From positions 1 to 64,000 of the IMG/VR virus record IMGVR_UViG_3300025133_000060: DNA of 64,000 bases. One strand, 5' to 3'. Of the stretch, positions 20,026 through 28,935 are shown piece by piece (positions within the stretch are counted from its first letter, which is position 1; every line of letters starts with the position of its first letter). The notes beneath the pieces are model-generated. The model did no database searches and had not been told where the DNA came from. It saw only the letters and a list, made by a program, of their open reading frames with translations. The translations under genes were made by a program, and so were the position numbers. Source of the stretch: a virus.

Positions 20026-20373
20026 TCATTCGGTCGGCGGGTCAAACGCATCGGGATGAGCCAACCAAGTCGATTGGTCATATGATGTGCGGCCATCAAT
20101 GCCAGCGACTTTCACTCGACCATCCTCGTGGAACAGGTATGGTTTATTCGCCAAGTGGTTGGTCAAGGCATTCATAGAGAATGGTTGATTGGGGAGATTG
20201 AGAACTTCTGTCGATGACAATGGTTTGCCATCAGGGAACACCGCACCGGCTTGAATCATGGCTTTCCATAACCGCTTGATATTGCGACCATCGTGGCGAC
20301 CAAGACGGCCAAACCTGCGAGTCCCATACTTGGATGATGGAACTTCACGGTCAGGCTTCTCTTCGTCTCCCAC
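20026..20373 (-). CDS. Putative winged-helix DNA-binding protein
   Basis: PLSSTEV...SMNALTNHLANK followed by beta-wing; GTG 30 nt after CTTATT. Confidence 0.5.
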   Translation of the reverse strand: MGDEEKPDREVPSSKYGTRRFGRLGRHDGRNIKRLWKAMIQAGAVFPDGKPLSSTEVLNLPNQPFSMNALTNHLANKPYLFHEDGRVKVAGIDGRTSYDQSTWLAHPDAFDPPTE

Positions 20374-20445
20374 AATAGGCGGCAGACCTGCCGCATCAAT
20401 AAGGGTTGGGTTGATTAGTCAGTTAAATGAGTCGGTTGCCCATGT

Positions 20446-21630
20446 TCACTTCTTCTTCACCTTCATGGCATTGTATGGCTTCTTGATAGCAGATTCCTGC
20501 ACTTGCTTCGCCATATCCTCTGGGAGAATGGGCAACACTCGTTCCACCGCCGCCTTCGTCAATCCGACCATCTGGCCGAACACCGCCGGTGGCACGATGC
20601 GTTGAACTTCGGATGGAATGAACTCGGTGCGTTCGCCTTGTTGATATTCAACAGTCCATCCATCGGTCTCGATTTTCAATTCTTTGTTCATTGGGTCGAG
20701 TCGTGAACGCAAGTCCTTCTCGATGTTCTTGCGGCGAGATGTCAGGATTCCCTGTGCCGCCTTGATTTTAGCGAGTGCATCCAATTGCTCATCATCGGTG
20801 TCGAACTCCGATGCAACGAGGTCGAATGAGCCTTTGTGAATGAGAGTCTGAACCTTTGGGCAGATTGATTGATATGCACACCACTTGCACGAATCTCCGA
20901 GCGATGGTTTGCCTTCTTTGAGTGTCTTGATGGATTCATACTTGGCCTTGAGCCATAACTTGAACTCTTCGATTTGCTCATCAGTCCAGACCGTTGACAC
21001 CGGACCCCATCGAATCATATCGAATGTGAATCGAAGTGGCCTGTCGGGGAACATTTGCTTCGCCCATGCCAGATAGATTCCGGCTTGAACATCGTTGTCG
21101 GCTTCGGCTTGCGACTTCGGCATCCTGTTGGTTTTGTAGTCAATGAGTTCTATCGTGCCGTCTTTGTGTTCCAGTATCAAATCAATGAATCCGAATATGG
21201 GAACTTCACCACCATCGACTTGTAATTTGAATGGTGCGTGATGGCCACCACCCATTCGTTGTTCAGTAGCATAGACTCGCACAGGAGTCTTGCCACGCCT
21301 ATCGAACCAACGGCGAAGCATCTGCTTGCCGTCTTGATAGAAGTCGAAGTCGACCGTATATTGTGGGTCAGCCGCCCATCGCTCATAGTGCTTCATCAAC
21401 GCACCGAACTTGGGCTTGGGTGTTGACCCGTCTTTGTTGGGCTTGCGCCAATCCTCAAGCGCACCGTGAACAACATTCCCCAGCCGAGCCGCTTGCATCG
21501 AGGATGGGTGATTCGACATCTCTTTGAGAATGCGCTCTGATTCGGAATCTGGGTCATACTGGAACTGATAAGCGAGGGTGCAATCCTTTGCCATTCGGAG
21601 TCGAGTGGCCGAGATGTATGGAACTTTCAT
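20446..21630 (-). CDS. PD-(D/E)XK nuclease (RecB/AddB/Cas4-like)
   Basis: C..., GNVVH.ALE, GFIDL, IDYKT, Q..IY, C.WC.Y...C. Confidence 0.88.
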   Translation of the reverse strand: MKVPYISATRLRMAKDCTLAYQFQYDPDSESERILKEMSNHPSSMQAARLGNVVHGALEDWRKPNKDGSTPKPKFGALMKHYERWAADPQYTVDFDFYQDGKQMLRRWFDRRGKTPVRVYATEQRMGGGHHAPFKLQVDGGEVPIFGFIDLILEHKDGTIELIDYKTNRMPKSQAEADNDVQAGIYLAWAKQMFPDRPLRFTFDMIRWGPVSTVWTDEQIEEFKLWLKAKYESIKTLKEGKPSLGDSCKWCAYQSICPKVQTLIHKGSFDLVASEFDTDDEQLDALAKIKAAQGILTSRRKNIEKDLRSRLDPMNKELKIETDGWTVEYQQGERTEFIPSEVQRIVPPAVFGQMVGLTKAAVERVLPILPEDMAKQVQESAIKKPYNAMKVKKK

Positions 21631-21679
21631 AGTGTATCACCTACAACCCCACCCATATCAAGGGTGTGGCAGATGCCGA

Positions 21680-22561
21680 TTAAATGGCTGACTTCTCCAC
21701 CGCTTTGTTGAAGCGGGGTTGGGTCGGGTTATCCAAGACGAACGGTGGGCAAGCACGAGACTTCTTGACTTGAGCCAAGTAGCGAACCTGCAAATCTCCC
21801 TTCTTGATTCGTTGTTGTGAAGTGAACTCCACAATCCAGTCGAAGAGAGGGTCGGTGATGTCGGGGCGACCTGCGCTCACGACAATCTCCTTTGCGTCTG
21901 GTGTGCCGAATCCTTCGGTGCGACTCTTCATCAAAGTAGTCGAGATGAAGTGTGCGCCATACAGTTCTGCACCCATTTTGAGTCGCTCAAATGGTTGAAC
22001 GAACAATCGGTTGATGACTTTGTATGAGTGCATCTGGCCTTCGGCGAATGTTGGGAGTGTCTTTTTGCCTTCACGCAGGGCTTGTTGTTGGCGGGATAGA
22101 AGCAAGTCTGCTTCGCTCATACCGTGAACGGATTCTGCGTAGTGGTTGCGGCATCCCAGATAGAATGCGCCTTCGTTCTCCAAGACCATCACTCGAACAC
22201 CGGCTGGATGATTCTCTTTGTGCTGGCGGTGAAGGTCGATGAATGCAAGAGTCATGTCGTTGACTTCATCTGGAGTGGTGCAAACCTTTCGCAGAATGCT
22301 CGGTCGCAAATCCTCACGGATGATTGAATCACGAGCGATGAGGTCAGCCTGACCTTCAAGGTCGCAATCAATGATGGTCAACAAACACTCATCTGGTTTT
22401 TTGCCATCGGCGAGGTCGTTGAACATCGTGAGATAGAAGTTCGTCTTTCCAGAACCGCTGAATCCTTGTAATTTCATGTGTCGGGTGCGGTTCTGAATCA
22501 TGCTATCGCCAGTATCACAACCGGCGATGAGTGCTGAATAGTCAGTCTTTTTTCGTGCCAT
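21680..22561 (-). CDS. RecA-fold ATPase (Sak4/AAA_24/RadA-like), putative recombinase
   Basis: GFSGSGKT, IIDCD; lies between the SSB and the nuclease. Confidence 0.7.
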   Translation of the reverse strand: MARKKTDYSALIAGCDTGDSMIQNRTRHMKLQGFSGSGKTNFYLTMFNDLADGKKPDECLLTIIDCDLEGQADLIARDSIIREDLRPSILRKVCTTPDEVNDMTLAFIDLHRQHKENHPAGVRVMVLENEGAFYLGCRNHYAESVHGMSEADLLLSRQQQALREGKKTLPTFAEGQMHSYKVINRLFVQPFERLKMGAELYGAHFISTTLMKSRTEGFGTPDAKEIVVSAGRPDITDPLFDWIVEFTSQQRIKKGDLQVRYLAQVKKSRACPPFVLDNPTQPRFNKAVEKSAI

Positions 22562-22607
22562 ATCAATCCCTCACATTCACACCTATATCAATCGTGGATT
22601 CCCACCA

Positions 22608-23978
22608 TCAGTCCCAGTCATCCCATTCATCATCATCATCATCGCCGGAGATGAATCCATCATCATCCTTTGACGCATCAACAACAGTCGGTGCGGAATC
22701 GCCGGACAATGCCTCAACGAGTTCCGCCTTCTTCATAGTGGAGTAGCCTTCGATGCCTTCTGCCTTGCACATGGCCTTGAGAGCCTTGACAGGGAGAATG
22801 GTGAGGTCAATATCGTCATCATCATCGTCATCATCATCATCATCCGATTCTTCGACCACAGGGGGTGCTTCTGGGGCTTCTTCGGGTTCAGATGGTGTTG
22901 GAGTAGTATCGACTGATTCGGTGGCTTCTGATGCACCGGAATCGTCATCATCGTCATCATCGTCATCATCAAGGTTGATGGCCTTTGCAGATTGCTTGTT
23001 GAAGTAATCAGCCGCATCATCCTCTTTGGATTCAACGGTGGCAACCTTAGCCACAATCGGTGCGACCAGAATGACAGGGAGAGCGACAACGATGTTGCCG
23101 GACAATCCGTATTCGCCTTGCACCTTAGTGGTGATGAGAGCGAGGATTTTGGAGTATTTGCCAAAGCGAGTAGCGATGTCGGTCGAACACAATGCGTTCA
23201 ACATGAGTGATTCACCAGATTCGATTGCTTCGAGAGTCATAGTGGAATCATCCTTGAGAAGTAATTTGCCGAACTGGTTTCCTGCACGACTGTTTTGAAC
23301 ACCGGCGTATGATACAGTAGCCTCAATCAAACGGTAATCGTTGCGACCACGACTGACATCATCCTCAAGGTCGGCTATATCCACGACTTCATAGGTGTCC
23401 TTGAGCAAATCGACAGCAGATTCATGTGTGTATTCTTCGGAGTGAAATGTGGTCAAGCCGGAGAGTGGGCGTAGGTCAAGAGTAGGCGCATCCAGATTGC
23501 GGCATGACACCGACACTTCATAGATTCCATCTCGTTCGACATCATCGCCGATTGCCGCATCATCATCCCAAAGAGACATTGAGAACATAGCCGCATCCAT
23601 AGCATCATCGCCATCCTCAACAACGGCTTGGCCGAATATGTTGCATACTGGTCGAGGGTTGCCTGATGCCGCACCAACGGTGTTGTGTGATACAGACCAT
23701 ATTTGAACATGGGCGGTGTATCGCTTTTGACGAAGAATACTGGTGAGGTCGGTGAGAACGATGTCGGTCAAGAATGCTTGGGCGACTTCACTTGCTACGC
23801 CGCCGAGTGAATCAACGGTCTCTTTCAATGAAGCGTCTTGTGCTTTGTTATTGAACATCGCAACCACAGGAGTGGCATCCTTGAAGATTCCATTGGCGAT
23901 GCCTCGCTCGATGAACGGAGCGAGTCGCTTTGCGGCGGTCGGTGGCAGGGCTAAATTATCGGCTTTCTTGGCTGACAT
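22608..23978 (-). CDS. RPA-like OB-fold ssDNA-binding protein with HeH/Rho-N domain and acidic tail
   Basis: SLWD.. and GKLLLKDDS OB-like strands; LKAMCKAEGIEGYSTMKKAELVEAL; ends DDDEWDDWD. Confidence 0.65.
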   Translation of the reverse strand: MSAKKADNLALPPTAAKRLAPFIERGIANGIFKDATPVVAMFNNKAQDASLKETVDSLGGVASEVAQAFLTDIVLTDLTSILRQKRYTAHVQIWSVSHNTVGAASGNPRPVCNIFGQAVVEDGDDAMDAAMFSMSLWDDDAAIGDDVERDGIYEVSVSCRNLDAPTLDLRPLSGLTTFHSEEYTHESAVDLLKDTYEVVDIADLEDDVSRGRNDYRLIEATVSYAGVQNSRAGNQFGKLLLKDDSTMTLEAIESGESLMLNALCSTDIATRFGKYSKILALITTKVQGEYGLSGNIVVALPVILVAPIVAKVATVESKEDDAADYFNKQSAKAINLDDDDDDDDDDSGASEATESVDTTPTPSEPEEAPEAPPVVEESDDDDDDDDDDDIDLTILPVKALKAMCKAEGIEGYSTMKKAELVEALSGDSAPTVVDASKDDDGFISGDDDDDEWDDWD

Positions 23979-24002
23979 ATTTCACCCAGAGATTCCCCAC
24001 CC

Positions 24003-26015
24003 TTATGAAGCCGAATAGTCAGTATCGAGAGTGTCGAGGTGTGCATTTGCTATCTGTTCCCAGAAGTCATCATCGCTGGACTCAACGGCAGTTTGCGCCA
24101 GTTTTTGAACCTTCTTTCGCACTTCTCGCTTGGCTTCAAGAGCATCCGTTGAAGCCGATTCTGTCGTTCCATCCATCCATGCACATCGAGAACCAAAGAG
24201 GGTTGGTCGGTGTGGGCTATCACCCACGATGTCATAGAATGCACCACGCACACCGGAATGCAGATACTTCGGCAAAACCAAAGACCGCCAGATGAGGGAT
24301 TCTGATTTTGTTGAGCAACCAATTGACTTGAGAAGGGCGGCATCTGTGCCAGTTAATTTCATACTGGACACCGGCTTTTCACAATCAACAAGAATATCGG
24401 AGAAGTCGGACATCGTTGTCGACAATGAAGAACGACAGGATTCAATGAATAGTGGAGCCAGCGCATAAGTGTCCATCAATCCAGTTCGGGTCTTGACGAT
24501 GTTCCATGTCTTTCGACCACCACCACGACCACCACCACGCTTCTTGACTTCAATCAATCCCGAATCCTCAAGGGTCGGCAGATGCTTCTCCTTGAGTGCA
24601 TTCTTAGAACAAGTGAATGCGTGAATGTGAAGCCATTGGAGAATCCCATCTTCTGTTAATGCTCGACTGGACTCGACCATCTTTTTCATTTCATTGAATA
24701 CAAGCCAAGAATCTTCGGGAACACCAGATAGTGAGGCTCGCAAAACCAAGTCGCAGAGAATCAATCCCAACACATTATCTTCTATCGAACTCAATATGAA
24801 TGTGTTCTCTTCGATTTGGTGTGTCGGTCGTTGTTCCTGATGCAGAAGTGTAATTGTGTCGATGATGGAGAGAACTTTGGTGATGTCTCGTTGGTGTTGT
24901 GCTGACTTTGCTGGAAAGAAGTCGGCCATCATTGGGGCGAATATGTTGCGAACTCGATACTTCTTCGCCTTGAGCATCGCCGCTTGAAGTAAATATAAAT
25001 CGGGATGGATGAACAAATCCTCTGGTCGGGCTTTGGCCATGAGAGTATTCGAGACCACCGCTTCAACCTTATCAGGAGTAGTGTCGGGAGTCATCAATAA
25101 CTGGCGAGTAATTTGTTCCGCTTCGCTTGGGTTGCGAGTGGTGAGAGTGATGAATGATGGTTGGCCACGAATGATGAAATCACGAGTCTCAATCTCACCA
25201 GTCATCTCATTCTTGATTGGAGTTTTCCAGACCAGTTCTTTGTCGTCTCCAGACATCAACGGCTTCATCCGGCGCATGAATGCGTATGACTCATCCTTCT
25301 CCAGAATGACGATGCAACGATTGGCCACATTGACAATGAACTCACCATCATCGCTGACTTCATCATAGTCATACTTGAGTGCTTCTTTGGATGCACCAGC
25401 AAGAACCATGCACATTGACTTCGGGAATCCATTCCGAGCCGTGAGAGTGAGATATGTTTTACCAGATGCCGATGAACCAATCAATTCCAGATTGAGGGGG
25501 TGTTCAGTTTTGCAGGATAAGAATACCAAAAAGGTCAACAGGAGATTTGCATCATCTCCAACAAATGGAGATTCTCGACTGTTGTGGAGAATATCATTGA
25601 TTCTGTCGAGCAGGTCAGGCTGGCTAAGGAACTTGGAGATAGTATCGGCTTCGATATATCCGAACGATGAGTTTCGACCCTCATATTCGCTGACTTCAAT
25701 TTCAATCCGGTCAGGGATTGGCGCTGGAACATAATCACCATCTCGCAGTTTGATTCCAACCGTCAATGCTTCGGCGATGAATTGCTCCTTCTGGTCATCG
25801 GCGACTTTCATCGACTTCGCCAAGCGAGCGAGAGAATGTTGTGAGAGAACATTGAACTTGCCAAGTGGCTTGCCATCATGTTCGGCGGTGAAGTCCATCC
25901 GACCTTTCGCAGATGATAGGAATATGAAGGCGATGTCCTTCTCACAAAGCGTGGTCTCATATCGACTCGCCGACTGTGCGGATTGTTTGACTTCGATAGC
26001 ATCGCCGCTGGACAT
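24003..26015 (-). CDS. MCM-like AAA+ replicative helicase (divergent)
   Basis: GSSASGKT, Walker B-like IVILE, TLTT sensor, QITR arginine finger, C-terminal wHTH. Confidence 0.7.
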   Translation of the reverse strand: MSSGDAIEVKQSAQSASRYETTLCEKDIAFIFLSSAKGRMDFTAEHDGKPLGKFNVLSQHSLARLAKSMKVADDQKEQFIAEALTVGIKLRDGDYVPAPIPDRIEIEVSEYEGRNSSFGYIEADTISKFLSQPDLLDRINDILHNSRESPFVGDDANLLLTFLVFLSCKTEHPLNLELIGSSASGKTYLTLTARNGFPKSMCMVLAGASKEALKYDYDEVSDDGEFIVNVANRCIVILEKDESYAFMRRMKPLMSGDDKELVWKTPIKNEMTGEIETRDFIIRGQPSFITLTTRNPSEAEQITRQLLMTPDTTPDKVEAVVSNTLMAKARPEDLFIHPDLYLLQAAMLKAKKYRVRNIFAPMMADFFPAKSAQHQRDITKVLSIIDTITLLHQEQRPTHQIEENTFILSSIEDNVLGLILCDLVLRASLSGVPEDSWLVFNEMKKMVESSRALTEDGILQWLHIHAFTCSKNALKEKHLPTLEDSGLIEVKKRGGGRGGGRKTWNIVKTRTGLMDTYALAPLFIESCRSSLSTTMSDFSDILVDCEKPVSSMKLTGTDAALLKSIGCSTKSESLIWRSLVLPKYLHSGVRGAFYDIVGDSPHRPTLFGSRCAWMDGTTESASTDALEAKREVRKKVQKLAQTAVESSDDDFWEQIANAHLDTLDTDYSAS

Positions 26016-26060
26016 GACTCAAGGGAATCCCCCCACCGTTATGAAGGTGGACAACCCACT

Positions 26061-26471
26061 TCAACAAATCATTGTGAGATTGTCGGTCGAGGTTGATGAC
26101 CAATAAGTGTCTCTGACTTTATCATGTGGCTTCATCCAAGAGTGTGAACCAACGAAGAGGACACCATCGTCATTGTGAGCGAAGTGAACTCCGGTCTTGT
26201 CGGTGAAGTCTTGAAGAGTCTTGATTGAAGTCTTGGCTTTGCTCGCAACCATCCAAAGGTCGGTGCGGGTCGATGTGATTCCGCCGCCGATGAATGATTG
26301 TCCAGCATTCCAAGACTTGGATATGTTCGCAAGAAGAATGGAATCCCAATCCCACTTGCCACCAAGACGGATGCCATACATTTGACCCTTATGGGATGAG
26401 CATTTGTCGCTCACGATATGCAGACGGGTGTCTGGTGTTGGGATTTCAAGGTCGCCGATTAGGTTGCTCAT
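26061..26471 (-). CDS. Hypothetical protein (class I cassette)
   Basis: ATG 30 nt after the class I TATA. Confidence 0.7.
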   Translation of the reverse strand: MSNLIGDLEIPTPDTRLHIVSDKCSSHKGQMYGIRLGGKWDWDSILLANISKSWNAGQSFIGGGITSTRTDLWMVASKAKTSIKTLQDFTDKTGVHFAHNDDGVLFVGSHSWMKPHDKVRDTYWSSTSTDNLTMIC

Positions 26472-26519
26472 GCCCTTTGAGGGGAGCCACCACTATATTA
26501 ACTCATCGGAATATCAATG

Positions 26520-26819
26520 CTATTGTTCTTTAATTACCCATGAATCCATATCCAACGGGTCGATTGTCGCCGCTCTGAATCCACAGGAATGTTCGCCTCG
26601 ATGAACGAACAGATAGTTTGGATGCTGGGTCAACGGGTATAATTTGAACTCCCATATCTCGGCGTTCATCCTATTGCATTTGCGACATTCCTGTTGATTC
26701 ACTCTCGCCGAGTGAACTTTTCGCCGTTGGTCTTGGCCTTCAAATGAAAACACCATTTCATCTGGAATGAACTCCGATGTGAGTTCTCGACCCGTATCGG
26801 GTTCGATAGTCATATACAT
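26520..26819 (-). CDS. Zn-ribbon-like protein
   Basis: CRKC...H.CG. Confidence 0.55.
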   Translation of the reverse strand: MYMTIEPDTGRELTSEFIPDEMVFSFEGQDQRRKVHSARVNQQECRKCNRMNAEIWEFKLYPLTQHPNYLFVHRGEHSCGFRAATIDPLDMDSWVIKEQ

Positions 26820-27037
26820 TCACTCTCGGTGATTGGGAATCTGATTGATGAAAGGATTTTGGATATACTCGGTCGAGAATCTCCCATCGCAATTAGAGCA
26901 TATCCATTCATATCGCAATAGTCGGAGAGAATTGATAATGACGCACTCCCGCTTGGTAATCTCACCAGTTCGGGATAGCAACCGGCTCGTTGAAAGTCAA
27001 GCACGAAGTATGTCATGTTGTGCAATCTCACACTCAT
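26810..27037 (-). CDS. Hypothetical protein
   Basis: Overlapping starts/stops with both neighbours. Confidence 0.5.
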   Translation of the reverse strand: MSVRLHNMTYFVLDFQRAGCYPELVRLPSGSASLSILSDYCDMNGYALIAMGDSRPSISKILSSIRFPITESECI

Positions 27038-28152
27038 ACATTCACCTTCTTCATGATTTTGTCAACGACTGTTTGTTGACCAGACGATAGCGAACGGCCA
27101 TTGGCCAATCGACCCATGACCGACTTGACGAACTCGGATTCCCAATCGTTGAGTGAGCCTGTCGCCATCGCCTTTCGCAGTTCTGTGGCGACCGGCGGGA
27201 GTGGAATATCCACTCCATTCGCAATCATGTGGCGAGCGATGAGTTCTTCACGGAACCGGAGATAACCCCCACGCAAAGCGGCGACACCAGATTGGCGGAT
27301 TTTCGACTGGACTCGGCCAACCATCTCCTTCTCCCAAGCGTTCAATTCATCGGTCAAGTCTGTGCCGATTTCAAGGAACTCTTCTGCTTCGCTCGCCCAT
27401 TGGTTTCGATTGTTTGCGATTTGTTGAGCGAACTTTGCGGCTCTCTCGTGGTTCTGTTCGGCTCTTGCACGAGCCTCGATTGCTCGTTGCTCTTTGTATG
27501 TGGTATATGCTTTGAACTCCTTCTCCGCATCCATCATGAACTCATCATACTGGCGGCGGGTCTTGGGTCCGAGATAGCCATACTTGACCAATCGGTTCAT
27601 CACCGTCTTGTGGAGTCGCTTGAGAGGCTTTCGTGAGTGCATCATGGCTTCATACTTCTTGAGGTCTTGGAGAGCCGTTGGGTATGTGATGGCGAACTCT
27701 TGGCGGTTGTATAGCATCTTCGCTTCGGTCATGTTCTCCTTGAGGAACTCTCGCTTCTCTTCATCACTCAAGACTCGACCTGTGGTTGGGTCTCTTATCT
27801 CGATGTATCGGTGAACGCAGGTATTCCCAATGAGCAATTGCTGACCATCTCCATCCACCAATACGCAGTTCTCAACGATGGGCGCATGGCCACATAATTG
27901 ACACTTCTTGGTGTGTCCGAATATCGACTTCTCATATGTCCAATCCTTGCTGAACTCTTCATATGGGCGGATGCCGCCTTCGGGTGAAATGATGTTCGAC
28001 ACCTTCGCCAGATTGCGAATCACTCGGCGTTCATACGCCTTCGCTCGGCCAGATGCCAATGCGTCATACAATTCTTCTGGGAGATTCCCTGCGTTGGCTT
28101 GGGCTTTCCAGCGTTGTGCTTGACGCACGAGGATTGCACTCATCTCAAGCAC
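27034..28152 (-). CDS. Zn-finger/coiled-coil protein with duplicated C-terminal module
   Basis: CQLCGH..I...IGNTCV; LNAWEKEMV and LNDWESEFV...LSSGQ repeats. Confidence 0.8.
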   Translation of the reverse strand: MLEMSAILVRQAQRWKAQANAGNLPEELYDALASGRAKAYERRVIRNLAKVSNIISPEGGIRPYEEFSKDWTYEKSIFGHTKKCQLCGHAPIVENCVLVDGDGQQLLIGNTCVHRYIEIRDPTTGRVLSDEEKREFLKENMTEAKMLYNRQEFAITYPTALQDLKKYEAMMHSRKPLKRLHKTVMNRLVKYGYLGPKTRRQYDEFMMDAEKEFKAYTTYKEQRAIEARARAEQNHERAAKFAQQIANNRNQWASEAEEFLEIGTDLTDELNAWEKEMVGRVQSKIRQSGVAALRGGYLRFREELIARHMIANGVDIPLPPVATELRKAMATGSLNDWESEFVKSVMGRLANGRSLSSGQQTVVDKIMKKVNV

Positions 28153-28369
28153 CTTCGTCTTGATGTGTTGCGACCGCTTCGGAGACCATCTCCATCTGCG
28201 GAATCATAGAGAATCGAGCGAACAGGTGAGCGCACTTCAATCGTGGACCCACAATTCGTTGACCATCGGGGAGCCAGCATTCGATAACTGTGTCGAAGTA
28301 TTGGATGCCTTCGATGACTGTCGACACTTCTGTGCCGATGTCATCATCTGTGTATGCGACTTCGCTCAT
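28145..28369 (-). CDS. Hypothetical protein
   Basis: TGATG-coupled small ORF. Confidence 0.5.
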   Translation of the reverse strand: MSEVAYTDDDIGTEVSTVIEGIQYFDTVIECWLPDGQRIVGPRLKCAHLFARFSMIPQMEMVSEAVATHQDEGA

Positions 28370-28518
28370 CAAGAACCACCATTGATGCGAGAGATGCTGA
28401 CTCGATTGTCATCACTTCGCTTGATGTTCGCATTTACATATCCGGTGCATTCTTTGAGCGACTCGCTCTTGAATACTTCTTTGCCATTCAATTTTACTGT
28501 CCATTCCATTTCATTCAT
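28369..28518 (-). CDS. 49-aa hypothetical protein (below ORF-track cutoff)
   Basis: MNEMEWTVKLNGKEVFKSESLKEC...; overlaps both neighbours. Confidence 0.55.
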   Translation of the reverse strand: MNEMEWTVKLNGKEVFKSESLKECTGYVNANIKRSDDNRVSISRINGGS

Positions 28519-28825
28519 CTCCTTCATTCTCACGACCACAACCACAACCGACCTTCACGGTCGATGGTTTTGGTGTTGGGTGGAGTGTGAAAACCGATTG
28601 TGGCCTTCGCCACGAGGAACCTGCTTTGGAGTGATTCATTCGGGTTGGGGTGTTGAATCCCAGATGGGTGATGTGTTCTTTTCCAGATTGGCGAGTGTTG
28701 ATGAGGTTGTTTTGGAGTGATTCTTGAATCCAATCACGCTCGTGATTCTTGAAATTGCGGTGGCTCTTATGACGGCTTGCACCGTCAATTCCGCCGACTT
28801 CGTTGTGTCGAATTGTTCTGCTCAT
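28511..28825 (-). CDS. Basic hypothetical protein
   Basis: TGATG overlap with an upstream 12-codon ORF. Confidence 0.5.
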   Translation of the reverse strand: MSRTIRHNEVGGIDGASRHKSHRNFKNHERDWIQESLQNNLINTRQSGKEHITHLGFNTPTRMNHSKAGSSWRRPQSVFTLHPTPKPSTVKVGCGCGRENEGDE

Positions 28826-28935
28826 CAATATCCCTCCATGTAATAGGTTCGCTTGACGGTCATGGTTATCGGATAACGCTCACCTTTATCAATACTTCGG
28901 TTCTCCACTTATTTCACCAAACCATTCATACTTGT

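Noticed and set aside
20446-21630. Cas4 as evidence of a CRISPR system
   Set aside because: Stand-alone PD-(D/E)XK nuclease in a recombination cluster; no array or cas1/cas2
22810-22970. (TCA)n tandem repeats
   Set aside because: Encode the poly-Asp tracts of the SSB; not a separate element
10325-26015. Inteins or introns in PolB, RFC or the helicase
   Set aside because: Protein lengths are normal; no intein junction or LAGLIDADG motifs seen
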